Positions 48,926 to 62,158 of a stretch of 64,000 nucleotides of DNA are shown piece by piece. Numbering within the stretch: position 1 is the stretch's first letter; each line of letters begins with the position of its first letter. Both the position numbers and the translations under genes were made by a program. A model generated the notes under the pieces. The model worked only from the letters and a program-made list of their open reading frames with translations, had not been told where the DNA came from and did no database searches. Source of the DNA: Mustelus asterias (taxonomy: Eukaryota); NCBI RefSeq assembly GCF_964213995.1, contig NC_135804.1, positions 21,018,001-21,082,000 of the forward strand. The letters are read 5' to 3'.

Positions 48926-49744
48926 AGATACTGTGTCCTCCAGTTACCCACTCTTTCCTCCAAAACTCACAGTGTTTGCACTCTTCTTTCCTGCCAATCC
49001 AATTCAAGGAATGTTCATCATTGGGTAACGGATTTGTCTTTAATCCTTTTTGGAGAATTAGGTTGGATTTTATTTTATATTCAGTAAGGGGAGGTGAGTG
49101 GGCATCAATGGCTGGGCCAGCATTTATTGCCCATCCCAAATTGCCCATAGACTGAGTTGCGTTCTCTGCCATTTCAGAGGGCAGTTAAGAGTCAACCACA
49201 TTGCTGTGGATCGGGAGTCACCTGTAGGCCAGACTGGGTAAGGATGGCAGATTTCCTTCCCTAAAGGACATTAGTGAACGAGGTGGGTTTTTGGAACAAT
49301 CGATAATGGTTTCATGGTCATCATTAGACATTCAATTCCAGATTTTTATTGAATTCAAATTTCACCATCTGCCGTGGGATTCGAATCCGGGACCCTAGAG
49401 CATTACCCTGGGTCTCTGGGTTATTAGTCCGATGACTCACCACTGCCTCCCCATTTTTCATGATGCCCAAGGTTCATAACTTGCCAAAATTTAATTTACA
49501 TTTTAACTTATTATATAACCTAATATAAAAGTATATTCACAGCTACATAAACAAAACCAATCACAACAGGGACAGGGATATGGGCGGCATAGTGGCAAAG
49601 TGGTTAGCACTGCTGCCTCACTGCACCAGGGACTCGGGTTTGATTCCCGGTTTGGGTCACTGTCTGTGTGGAGTTTGCACATTCTCCCCATGTCTGCGTG
49701 GGTTTCCTCCAGGTGCTCCAGTTTCCTTCCACAGTCTGAATTCT

Positions 49745-50830
49745 AGCATGGCCATAGCTACTCTTTTCTAGCACTGGCAACATTCTTGTAAACCCTCCTC
49801 TGCACTCTCTCCAGAGCAATTATGTCCTTCCTGTAATGTGGTGACCAGAACTGCACACAATACTCCAATTGTGACCTCACCAGTGTTTTACATAATTCCA
49901 ACATTATATCCTTTTATATTCTATACTTCTGCCAATGAAGGAGAGCATTCCATATGCCTTCTTTACAACCTTGTCTCCTTGAACTGCTGTCTTTAGGGAC
50001 CTGTGTACTTGTATGCCAAGATCTTACACTTCATCTACCCTCTTATTATGTTACCATTTATTGTGCATTCCCTATAACTGTTTGGCCTCCCTAAATGCAT
50101 TACCTCACACTTCTCTATGTTAAAATCCATCTGCCACTTTACTATCCACCCCACCAACTCATCTATATCATTTTGGAGATTATAGTTATCCTCTACACTA
50201 TCCACTACTCGGCCAATCTTTGTGTCGTCTGCAAATTTCCCAATTGTGCTTCCCACGTTCCCGTCCAAATCGTTAATATACAACACAAATCGTAAGGTTC
50301 CCAACACCGAGCCCTGTGGGACACCACTTGAAACAACTTTCCATTCACAAGGGCATCCATAGACTATTACTGTTTCCTGTTACTAAGCCAACTTTTTATC
50401 CGGTTTGCCAAATTACCCTGTATTCCATTGGCTTTTACTTTTTTGACCAATCTGTCATGTAGGACCTTGTCAAACGCCTTGCTAAAATATGTGTTCACAA
50501 CGCCCGCTGCACTACCTTCATCAACCCTTCTTGTCACTTTCTCAAAGAAGCCAATCAAATTTGTGAGACAAGACCTTTTAACAATTCCATGCCGAGCATT
50601 CCTAACTAGTCCATGCCTTTCTACGTGACAGTTAATTCTATCTCTTAAGATTGGTAGTGGGCAAATTAGTAGAATCAATGTAAGATTAACTGGCTACAAT
50701 TGTTTGACATTTCCTTCCATCCTTTTTTAAACAACAGAACAACATTTGCATTCCTCCAGTCCTCCGGCACCTCACTTGTGTCTAGTGAGGATTGGAAAAT
50801 AATCCTCAGATCATCTGCTATTTCCTCCAT
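49745..50830 (-). mobile_element. CR1 LINE RT fragment
   Basis: SCLTNLIGFFE, FSKAFDKV, YINDLD and KFADDTKIG, with frameshifts. Confidence 0.85.
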
Positions 50831-51294
50831 GACTGCCTCTGCTGGATTCTCTCCACCCCCGTCACCCAGTCACTCTCCCTGCCCAACCCCCCACTTCCAC
50901 CCCCCAGTCTTTCTTCATGCTCCCCTCCACCCCCCCCCCCGGCCCCCCCGGCGCTGTTCTCTCTCCCTGCATCTCCCTGTCTATGTTCTCATTTACCTGC
51001 ACTGCATCATTCATTCTCAGCCACTCACAGTGGGTGAGTGAGTGAGCACCCAAGACTGGGAGTGAGCTGAACACACATGCTCATCTTTATGACTTGATTT
51101 TCAACTAGTAAATTATTATTTTGACACTTTCTACTCAGCAATTTGTTTCTTTTGATAGGTCAGTTTCTTTTATAAATTGATGTTAATGTTGTGCCAAACC
51201 TCATCTCTCTGAAATTTGCTTGTTGGCCCCTATTGTGAGGAAAACAATTAGAATGTTCCTCCTCCGAGCGAAAAGGTTGGAAAAGCCTGCCTTA

Positions 51295-52115
51295 GGCAGT
51301 CTGACTAGGGTATAGAAGTGCAGAGAAAATGGACATCCATGGTGAAGAAATTGGAAACTATCAAAGGGACGGACAGTATCAAAAGAGTCCTGGATGTAGG
51401 TGAGAAGATTCAGGACAAGGGGAGAAAAAAGAAGAGTTGAGATGGGAAAAAATCAGTTCATAGGGGCAGGAACAGACTGAAATGATGGGTCTACCAGGGT
51501 AGTCCTGTTTGTGGATCTTGGAGAAAAGTTAGAAACAGGCTGTTCAGTGTTAGGGGATTATGATGTTGGAGGCCATGAAGGAAGATCTTAGAGATCAGGT
51601 TGGTGATTGAAAACAATGGCTTGAGGTTTGATAATGGGATCTGGGCGGCAAGAGGAAATGTTTGTAGGGTTGGCTTTTGGCCTTTGCTATTTAGTGGTCG
51701 ATTTGCCAGACACAGTGCCACCCTTGTTAGAAGCTTTGTTGCCTTTGTTAGTGTTGTACATCAGAGAATGGAATGCAGCAAGCGGAAGATAGATTAGAGA
51801 GAATTGTCCTTCAGCATTCTCCTCTATGACCCTGAATCTTATGGCCTTAGGAGAGGCCTCATCTCCTAAGCCCCTCAAATAATTCCTAACTTGTCATTAT
51901 CCTTGCATCTTCTGTGGCCTTCACCTCTGTGCTCATTCCATTGGTCTGTAGTCTTCCCTCTGCACAGTAGACACTGTTACCCTTTTCCAGTGTTCTCCCT
52001 CCTCCTGGACACTCCTTCTGGCTTCTTACTTTCTTTAGACCTTTTCATGAAGAACTGCAGAATTGATATTGGCTGCCTCAATTTCTCTGCTCCTTTCAAT
52101 CACTCTGACTAGTCT
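51295..52115 (-). mobile_element. Degenerate Penelope-like RT fragment (second family)
   Basis: Minus strand reads KIHKQDYPGRPIISVCSCP...FTMDV...TSIP with frameshifts, typical of PLE RT. Confidence 0.65.
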
Positions 52116-52427
52116 ACGTGAAAGATTTGACGGCGATGACCCTTCTCACCACCAGCCAAGCTATGTCTGAAAATTCTGGTGATGAGGCATTCTGCTAATG
52201 ACTTTGGCGGGATGCACAGGGAAGCATGTGACCAGATTCACTTGCTCCTTTCCTGCAGAGCTTCAAAGACACTACGTGCAGATTACTGCCTAATGGACTT
52301 GTGGTCAAACTTGCTCCACAAACATTTCCAGCTGGAACATGTGGTAGGGCACAGTCTAACTGAATGGAGCATTCTGTGGCAATCTGGCCAGACCCATCCT
52401 TCCCGACACTGGCATTTATTCACACAG

Positions 52428-52629
52428 TAAGAAGTCTCACAACACCAGGTTAAAGTCCAAAAGGTTTATTTGGAATCACGAGCTTTCAGAGCGCTGCTCC
52501 TTCATCAGCAGTGTTCTGAAAGCTCGTGATTCCAAATAAACCTGTTGGACTTTAACCTGGCGTTGTGAGACTTGCTACTGTGCCCACCCCAATCCAACGC
52601 CAGCATCTCCACATCATGGCTATCATTTA
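52428..52629. mobile_element. Penelope-like fold-back terminus insertion upstream of CDK10
   Basis: About 65-bp inverted arms; 12-bp TSD TTATTCACACAG at 52416-52427 and 52630-52641. Confidence 0.85.
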
Positions 52630-53065
52630 TTATTCACACAGCATTGGTCATTACCTCAGCTCAGAAGGTGCCATGCCCAGAGAAACACCAGACCTTCATT
52701 AATCATCCGGGGTTATTTTCTTAGCGTTATTATGTGTCAGACAGTATATTTCCTTGCAAACCTCTTTAAAGTGCAAGTCTCAAATAGATTGAGAAAAGAA
52801 AACTGAGTGAAATTCTGCAGCAAATGGATGGGGAAAGGGGGAATTATAAAATCTAAATTGCAAATTAAGGGGAACCAAAGTATATTACAAAGACCAGTGG
52901 TGTGTTTCTCGCATTGATAACCACAACACTGAGTACATGTGACAGCAGCTCCCAACTCTGAGTCAGTTTGTGTGTGTTGGACCGTCACTCCGGGAGGCGA
53001 TGGTTGGCCATCAGGAGCGGGTAAACCCCGAGTAAGGAGCTGCTCGGCCCCTGGTCTCCGGGACG

Positions 53066-53146
53066 ATGGCGGATGTGAATGAGGAGCAAATCCGATTGAA
53101 GAGCCTCAGATATGAAGGGAGCTTCACCGTGCCGCCTGAGGACAAG
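53066..53146 (+). CDS. CDK10: CDK10 exon 1 (MADVNEEQIRLKSLRYEGSFTVPPEDK)
   Basis: ATG in a GC-rich context, |gtagcc donor; matches the CDK10 N-terminus (EQIRLK...FTVPPE). Confidence 0.92.
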
Positions 53147-53454
53147 GTAGCCGCATTGGGGAAAGGGGAGGGGGAATAAAACTTAATCTGCAGCCAAAAC
53201 CCCTTCAAACCATTCACTAATTCCCCATTGCCCAGTCAGCCCCCTGACATGCAGAGGGCTCTACATTCCAGCCGCCTTCATGGGGACATGTTTACTTGGA
53301 TCTCCCTGTTGAATGTCTCCCACTCTTCTGCTGTTGATTTACCTTCAAGTAGCTATTTCTAGTCCACTGGAAAGACGAGCACTTTTTAAGGTCCTGGATC
53401 CCTGTCCAAATGTGTATCCCTTTGACTTGTTTGACTTCCCTAAATCCATTGTTT

Positions 53455-54080
53455 TTAAAGTTTATTTATTTATTCGTCACAATTAGGCTTACGTTAACAC
53501 TGCAATGAAGTTACGGTGAAAATCCCCCAGTCGCCACACTCTGGCGCCTGTTCGGGTACACTGAGGGAGAATTTTAGCATGGGCTGTGGGGCGGCACAGT
53601 GGTTAGCACTGCTGCCTCACAGCGCCAGGGTCCCGGGTTTGATTCCCGGCTTGGGTCACTGTCTGTGTGGAGTTTGCACGTTCTCCTGGTGTCTGCGTGG
53701 GTTTCCTCCGGTTGCTCCGATTTCTTCTCCCAGTCCAAAGATGTGCGGGTTAGGTGGATTGGCCATGCTAAATTGCTCCTTAGTGTAAGGGGGGCTAGCT
53801 AGGGTAAATGCATGGGGTTATGGGGATGGGGCCTGGGTGGGATTGTGGTTGGTGCAGGCTCAATGGGCCGAATGGCCTCCTTCTGCACTGTAGGATTCTA
53901 TGATGCAATGCACCTAATCAGCGCATCTTTTGGACTGTGGGAAGAAACCAGAGCATCCGGAGGAAACCCACGCAGACATGAGGAGAACGTGCAGACTCCG
54001 CACAGACAGTGACCAAAGCTGGGAATCGAACCCGGGTCCCCAACGCTGTGAGGCAACAGTGCTAGCCACCGTGCTGCCCC
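53455..54080. mobile_element. Plus SINE (about 53588-53905) nested inside a minus SINE in CDK10 intron 1
   Basis: The host copy is split at ...agcatgg|caatgcacc... Confidence 0.85.
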
Positions 54081-54964
54081 ACACCTCTCTTGGTTGAATT
54101 CCATTTAGCCGCTTTTCTGCCTACCTGACTAGTCCACTGATATCTTCCCTGCAATCTACAGCTATCGTCCACACTATCAACCATGTGGCCATTTTTTGTG
54201 TCACCCGCAAACTTCTTGAGATTTTCCCCCACAATATATGCTACAAAAAGCAGGAGACCCTGTACAACCCTGTGGATCCCTACTGGAAATAGTCCTCCAG
54301 TCACAAAAACACACAACGATTACCCTTTTTTTCCAACCACTGAGCCAAATTTGTATCCAGCTTGCTATGTTTCCCATGGGCTTTTTTTAACCAGTCTGTC
54401 ATATGGCATCTTGTCAAAAGCCCTGCTAAAATCCTCAACAGCATCTTCCAAAACTACAACCACTGCCATCTTGAAAGACAAGAGCAGCAGATTCATGGGA
54501 GCATCACCTGGAAGTTCCCCTCCAAGCCACTCACCATCCTGACTTGGAAATATATTGCCATTCCTTCACTGTCCATGGATCAAAACTGTGGAACACCACA
54601 TGGACTGCAGCAGTTCAAGAAGGCAGCTCACCATCACCTTCTCAAGGGCAATTAGGGGTGAGCAATAAATGCTGGCCTAGCCAGAGAAGCCCACATTCCA
54701 TGAATGAATAAAAATGTGTGCCACATCAACTGCACTGCCATCATCAATCTCCCTTGTTACTTCCATAGAAAATTCAATCAAGCTAGTCTGACGTGACTTT
54801 CCCTTAACTGAGCCATGTTGACTACACTTAATCTGGGGTTGGAACAAAAAATACATAGGAGCATGCAAGTTGATTGTATCCTTTCCAACATTCACCCAAC
54901 AGGGAGGAATAGAATTCATGAGATATAATCTTTACAGTTTAGCACTCATATACTTTGCTACAAG

Positions 54965-55262
54965 CAGAGGTACGGTGGCACCGTGGTTAGCATTGCTGTC
55001 TCACAGCGCCAGGGACCCGGGTTTGATTCCCGGCTTGCGTCACTGTCTGTGTGGAGTCTCCCTGTGTCTGCATGGGTTTCCTCCGCGTGCTCCAGTTTCC
55101 TCCCGCAGTCCAAAAGATGTGCTGGTTAGGTGCATTGACCATGCTAAATTCTCCCTCAGTGTTCCCGAACAGGTGCCAGAGTGTGGCGACTAGAGAATTT
55201 TCACAGTAACCTCATTGCAGTGTTAATGTAAGCCTACTTGTGACACTAATACATAAACTTTA
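54965..55262 (+). mobile_element. SINE (second tail type)
   Basis: Head, core and tail. Confidence 0.85.
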
Positions 55263-55551
55263 TACTTTAAAACTTAATGGCTTCTTCTTAGATTTTCCTC
55301 TGTTATTGTACGGTTGCACTTGGATACTTTGTGCAATATTTCAGTGTAGAAATCAGAGCTATCTACTTAGCATTGATATATGCATGTATTTTGGGTTTTG
55401 ATGTTTGTAGAATATCAATAGCTTCCAGAGGAATGGATCAATTTAAGATACCTGAACAATTCTTGGCTTTGTCCGTTTGCTGCAGGAAGTATCTTTTAAG
55501 ATGGAAGAAATTACATTGTTTGAAATTAATTTTTGATGTTTTTATTTGCAG

Positions 55552-55624
55552 TTGGGAAGAGGCAGAAGTGTGAAAGAATTTGTAAAATTGAATCGCATTG
55601 GTGAAGGGACCTATGGTATTGTGT
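55552..55624 (+). CDS. CDK10: CDK10 exon 2 (LGRGRSVKEFVKLNRIGEGTYGIV)
   Basis: 73 nt, ttgcag| acceptor and |gtacgt donor; GEGTYG loop. Confidence 0.95.
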
Positions 55625-56749
55625 GTACGTCCAGTTTAATATTTTATGATTGTCTCCAAGCATGCAATAATATTTAAATATGCAGAAAAGATAGTATGAT
55701 CTAAGTATATTTTTTTGAGGTGGGGAGGGCGATTTGTTTAAGTTCATGCCCCTTTAAGCTTTTTTAAAGGTGGTCATTTGAAGCAGCCAGCCCATGTGTG
55801 GCCGGTGAGGGATCTTTACGGTCGCAGCCACACAGCTTAAGGAATATTGCTTACAATCATGCATGATGTTTGGGGACTCAGTGCATTAGAATTCCGAACT
55901 GAGTATTCTTGGTCACATCAAACTGTTCCAAATCAAAATAGTCATTTCAATTGGAGACTCTTTTTATACATTTCTCTCGCCCAACTATGATAATTTTACA
56001 CACTCCTGCATTATCTGATTATATCAAGGGTTAAATTAAGAGGATAATCTAATTCCATCTTTAGTTTCACAATAACTTAAATTATAACTTTACCAACAAG
56101 CTACATTTCTGTTGGGATAACAAGATCAGTGCAACTCTAATATCTTATCAATTATTTAACTTGTGTAGGGTACAATTGCTATTCTCTCTCTCTCTATACA
56201 TTTATTTTCTCATTGACACTCATTCTGGCAACCTGTCTGCTACCATTACCATGAGAATCCAGCTAGACCAAACACACTAAAAAATTCCAGGAGTATATAT
56301 CTCTTAATTAAACTAGAAAGCAATTTTGGGCTGCTCCAGCATCATTGAACGAAAAGAAAAGAAAACAACAAAACGGTCCCTTTTTCAAAGGGCTAAGACT
56401 AATTTTAAAAACTTACCAAAGACAAAGAAAACTTCTGAATTAAATATTATCTGCACTATCCCCTACACCCTCCGCTCCCTGTGGTGCTTAATGGTCGCTG
56501 AAAACTCCAGTATACCGTTAGACATCACATACTCTTTCTGTAGGGTCACTTGGACAAGGGTGCGGAAGAGATGGGGGCAGCCAGAGCAGCCACTCCCATG
56601 GGGTGTATCCAGAATTATATGTGTCTCTGCCTTGCCATGATATATAAATATTAGTAATTCTCCACATCATATAAATATTGGACAGATGGTCCGTAAACTC
56701 TTTCTTATTTGCAGAAAACAGCTAACAGTAACTGTTCATAACCATGTGT

Positions 56750-57048
56750 TAAGTTTAAGTTTATTTATTAATGTCACAAGTAGGCTTACATCAACACTGC
56801 AATGAAGTCACTGTGAAAATCCCCTAGTCACCGCACCCAGGCGCCTGTTCGGGTACACTGAGGGAGAATTTAGCATGGCCAATACACCTAACCAGCATAT
56901 CTTTCGGACTGTGTGAGGAAACCGGAGCACCCGGAGGAAACCCAGACACTGGGAAAATGCGCAGACTCCACACAGACAGTGACCCAAGCCGGGAATCGAA
57001 CTTTGGTCCCTGGCGCTGTGAGGCAGCAGTGCTAACTATTATGCCATC
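56750..57048 (-). mobile_element. SINE (second tail type)
   Basis: Head, core and tail. Confidence 0.85.
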
Positions 57049-57499
57049 GCTTGGGTCACTGTCTGTGCAGAGTCTGCATGTTCTTCCTGTCTGTGTGTGT
57101 TTTTACAAATAACAAAAGTAAAATTAGTAGTTTTGATGAGACAATTTTTTCCACATTTGAACAAAATTAGAACTAAAATGGTAGTGTCATTCAAATGAGT
57201 CGCATTTCTAATCAACATTTTAATCTTAGTTAAGATAAATGGCAAATGGCTAGAAAATTCATAAGAATGGTTGTTGTGTAATCAATTTGTTCATACTGGT
57301 GAAAGTCTTCAAAGGTTTGAATTAAGCACATTATTGGAGATTTACATACTTGACTTGCTTTATACCTGTTGTGGGAGTATTCATTGTTGTTACAAAGTAT
57401 GAACAATAGAGAAAGTCCTTCATTAAGGATTCTGCCTTTCCAACAGCACCAAAACTACTTTTGTAAAAGTTACCAACATCACGCATGACTGTAACTTCA

Positions 57500-58650
57500 C
57501 CTCATTGTCCCTCCCTGATCTGTCTGCTGCCTTTGAACTTGTCAATCTCTCTGTGCTCCACAAATGTCTTTTCTCCATAGTCCACCTCCTTAGTATTGCT
57601 TCAATTGGCTTCCCCCTACTGCACCAGCGTGGGTTCTGGCTTTGACCTCTTTGCTGTTTTCCTGTTGCTGTTAATTATGTAGAACTTTGGGCCAGATTTC
57701 ACATGTATGCTCTTGTCACTGAGCTTCATGCTGTCTCCATAAATCTCATAGCTGTTGCCACTAGACTTTGTGCCATTATACTTGGATGAACCAAAACCAC
57801 CTCCAGCTTAATGTTGGCAGAAACAGAGCTATCTTCTTTGACTTTATATGTGTTGTTTGAACTTCATCTCTCTCCTCAAGCTTAACCTGGAAGTGTGGGA
57901 CCTGAAGATTTCATTCAACCCTCAGTTTGGCTTCCTCCATCAAATGCAATATGCCACCGGCAGCACGGTGGCACAAAGGTTAACACTGTTGCCTCACAGC
58001 GCCAGGAACGCGGGTTCAATTCCAGCCTTGGGTGACTGTGTGGAGTTTGCACTTTCCTCCGGGTGCTCCAGTTTCTTACCACACTCCAAAGATATGCAGG
58101 TTAACCATGGATTGGTCATGCTGAAATGGTCACCACTAACTCCCCCTTAGTGTCAGGGGAATTAGCAGGGTAAATACATGGGGTTACGGGGATAGGTTCT
58201 GGGTGGGATTGTTGTCAGTGCAGGCTTGGTGGGCACTGTAGGGATTCTATGATCCTATGACTCTATGAAAACTGCTGTCATTTACTCTTGCTCACCTTCA
58301 CCTCAACTCTTTGCTGCTGAAACACTAACCCACACCTTTATCACTGTTCAACTGCTCTTCCATCCTCTTCTAATTGACATTCCACTTTTACAATTCACCA
58401 ACTACTAGTTACCCATATCCCCACCCATACAAAAGCATGCATCCCCGTCACTCTTCTACTTGCCAAACTCCAGTAGCCACTTAGACAAGGTCTGAGAGAG
58501 CTAATCACAGCTTTCCCATCTTCAACTTCAGCGGATTCCAGAACTTCACTCTGCGCTACTTTCATAGTCCCCTCCAGCCTCGTGACACAATGTAAATCTT
58601 CTATCTTCAGCTTCCTCTCTCCTTCCACCTGCTTCTTAAGTTGACTTTCC
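57500..58650 (+). mobile_element. Old L2-like LINE remnant interrupted by a SINE (57958-58267)
   Basis: DLSAAF motif near 57515 and degraded L2-like downstream sequence. Confidence 0.5.
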
Positions 58651-59113
58651 TCAGTCCTTCATGGGGATGAACCCCCCTCTCAGAATTTCAACCACACCAG
58701 TCTCCAATTTGACTTCAAGATTCTCTTTCAGACTCTTTTTCTTCACTGTGTTTCTGACGTCTCCTGATTCTCTTCCCGATACCCCAGCCCACCCCACACT
58801 GAATGTCCATTGCCTTGTAAACATTTTGAGTTGTCGCTGTATGTATAATGAGCGGTTTGAAAACCTTTGCTGTTGAGTTCTTAACTCTAGCACCTACGAG
58901 TCTGTGAACAACAAAATTTAAGTAAGACTTGCCTTTCAGGATCACCACATGTCTCAAGATGCTTTGCAGCCAATGCAGTACTTGGGCAGTATAGTCACTG
59001 CAATGTAGAAAAAGCATCAGACAATTTTTACACAGCAAACGCAGCAAACTTATACACAGTAGTGATAAGCTACAAGGTAGTAGTTTCTGCATTAACATTT
59101 TATGTTGCTTTAG

Positions 59114-59185
59114 ACCGAGCCCATGACACAAAAAGCGATGAAATTGTTGCCCTGAAGAAAGTTCGAATGGATAAAGAGAGGGATG
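59114..59185 (+). CDS. CDK10: CDK10 exon 3 (YRAHDTKSDEIVALKKVRMDKERDG)
   Basis: 72 nt, tttag| acceptor and |gtaag donor; VALK catalytic lysine. Confidence 0.95.
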
Positions 59186-59497
59186 GTAAGTCAGAAATAT
59201 CATAGTTAAAATAATTCCTTATTTAATTTGTTATAGCTAAGTAAATGTTTTTAAAGCTCGCTAAATCTTTAGCAATAATGTTTGAAACCAATTGCACACC
59301 AAAAGTATATTTTGAAATCTGTATTACTTTGATATGTTGAATTTACTAGTGACCTCTAAAAGAAAAATAAGACTTGCATTGATATAGTATCTTTCTTGAC
59401 CTTGTGGCTTGAACCACAACCTTCTGGCCCACTGAGACATTCCAAAGTACTTTATTGCCAGATTACACCGTACGTTTTGATATATAATCAGCATTGT

Positions 59498-59850
59498 GGG
59501 CCGGAATTCTCCCAAAAAAGTGTTGAATTCACGTGAAAACTGGAGTAATTCACACTGCTTTTGTCAGTGGGAGTTCAGACTAGAATCTCCCACACTGTAC
59601 ACTGCAGAGGCCACTAGCGTGAATATCATTATAAATCTGTGGGTGGGACCTCTTCCTGCCTGGGAGACTGAAGCCAGCAGGCCTCTGCATATGCGCAATG
59701 GCCCCGCACTATCAGCCTCCCGATTGCTGTGGAAATCCGGCACTGGGAGACGCTAGCGGAGCGCGAACTCTTGCGCATCCCCCCCCCATACAATTCTCCC
59801 GGCCCGCTGCGGTAAAAAGTTAGTGCAGCGGGATGGGAGAATCGCGGCTA
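59498..59850. mobile_element. MITE-like element with imperfect TIRs
   Basis: Left gggccggaattctccca versus reverse complement of the right end tagccgcgattctccca; GC/CpG-rich interior. Confidence 0.55.
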
Positions 59851-59854
59851 TTAT

Positions 59855-60200
59855 CAGAGTTGTGGTGTAGAAAATGCAGCAGCCAATTTATGCACGATAA
59901 GCTCAAGCAAACAGCAACGTGGAGACGATCAAATAATCTGTTTTTATGATGTTGATTGAGGACAAATATTAGTCAGGACACAAGGGCTACCTTCCCAGCT
60001 CTTGTTTGATATGATGCCATGGGTTCTTTGATGTCCACCTGATAGAGCGGACAGATTCATTTTAATGTCTGTTCCAGAAATCTACTCCTCAGACAGTGCA
60101 GCACTACTTCATACTGCGCCTGAGTGGTGAACCTAGATTTGTGCTCAAGTCTCTGGATTGAGGCTTGAACCACAACCTTCTGAACCACTGAGACATGGTT
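59855..60200 (-). mobile_element. Old Deu-domain SINE (SacSINE1-like)
   Basis: cagtgcagcact...cctagatttgtgctcaagtctctgga...cttgaaccacaaccttctga resembles the DeuSINE head and core as I recall it. Confidence 0.6.
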
Positions 60201-61557
60201 GACGCTATGTTCTTGCTGGGACCACAAGGCAGCTTGTTCCTTTCAGTGAGGGAAACATAAATTGGGATAGGGGTGCAAGTGTACATAATGTCTCATTGTG
60301 TAATTTTAAAATTGACCAAATTATTTTCATTTGAAGTTGTGAAAACAATAAATGAAAATGCTACTAGACTCTAATAATCTCTAGTTGAGTGTGTACCAAA
60401 GTAAAATTGAGATCACATTCTGTGATGACACAAATGCCAAGCACATGAAGGGTTATAGTGGTGTCCTTGAAATGATAACTTGTAGCTAAAATGGCTATTA
60501 CTTATTCTATTAAGCATTAGCTTTATCACTGATAATGTCTACTCACTCATCATCGTTAATAATGTTGCATCACTCTGCAAGCTGGAATGCTAATGCGAAT
60601 TAATAATTATTAAAACAGGTTACTAATGAAAGTTTCTGATCTTTTTCTCTTGTTTGTCACAAAGTCTTGGAGGCTGCATCTAAAATTTGAATCAATTTTC
60701 CTCAACCTCAAGTTGCTGTTATTAATAGATCTTGGACTTGCAATTTTGGATCTTTCAAAATTCTTTCACGGGTTGTAGGCATCGCTGGCTAGGCCAGCAT
60801 TTATTACCCATCCCTAATTGTCCTTGAGAAAGTAGTGGTGAACAGCAGCAGGCCATGTGGTAAAGTACACCCACAGTGCTGTTAGGAAGGGAGTTCCAGG
60901 ATTTTGACTCAGCAACAGTGAGGGAACAGTGATATAGTTTTAAGTCAGGGTGGTGTGTGGCTTGGAGAGGAACTTGCAGGTTGTGGCCGCCCCATGCATT
61001 TGCTGCCCTGTCCTTCAAGATGGAAGATACCGTTCAAGGATCCTTTGTGCGTTGCTGCAGTGAACCTTGTAGGTAGCAGTCACTGCTGTCAGTTTGCAGC
61101 AGGGATGGAGGAAGTGAATGTTTTAAGGTAGTGACTGGAGTGTCATTCCTGTGGGTGCTTTGCCCTGGATGGTGTCGAGCTTCTTGAGTGTTGTGGGAAG
61201 TGCAATCATTGAGGAAAATGGAGAGTATAGCATCACATTTGTGACTTGTGCCTTGTAGATGGGTGGACAGGCTTTGGGGAGTCAGAAGGTGAATTACTTT
61301 GCAGAATTTCCAGCCTCTGGCCTGCTCTGGTTAGCTGTGATTTTAATGTGGATGGTCTGTTTATCCATCAGTTAGGTAACAGCATTAAAAAGGCTCTTTT
61401 GAAGCCTCCCAGTCCACTATTGTGGAAAAAAAATGTACAAGGTAAGTATAAGCGCAAATGGGTGCAATAATTATTTTTTAACTTGTTGAAGTGGAGTTAC
61501 TGTTGTAATTTAATAATGTATTGTAAGTATAAGCACAAATAGAATTGGGTGAAATAA

Positions 61558-61722
<165 letters not shown>

Positions 61723-61846
61723 TGATTCACAGCACAAACATGTCGACTTTTCATCTGCAGCTAGGAAGATTTACACAAAAGTTTGAAAGATTACGTTTGA
61801 AAGTTTCCAGGTTAACTCGTTGTTCCTTGGCCTCCTTTTCTTTTTC

Positions 61847-62158
61847 ATAGAATCCCTACAGTACAGAAGGAGGCCAGTCGGCCCATCGAGCCTGCACCGA
61901 AAATAATCCCACCCAGGCCCCGTCTCCGTAACCCCACGTATTTACCCTGCTAATCCCTCTGACACTAAGCGGCAATTTAGCATGGCCAGTCAACCTAACC
62001 CGCACTTCTTTGGACAGTGGGAGGAGACCATAGCACCCGGAGGAAACCCACGCAGACACGGGGAGACTGTGCAAACTCCACACAGACAGTCACCCGAGGC
62101 CAGAATTGAACGTAGGTCCTTGGTGCTGTGATGCAGCATTGCTAACGACTGTTCTGCC
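61847..62158 (-). mobile_element. HE1/V-SINE-type SINE
   Basis: Head, core and tail; further copies at about 62883-63178 (-), 2985-3232 (-) and 41403-41580 (+). Confidence 0.85.
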
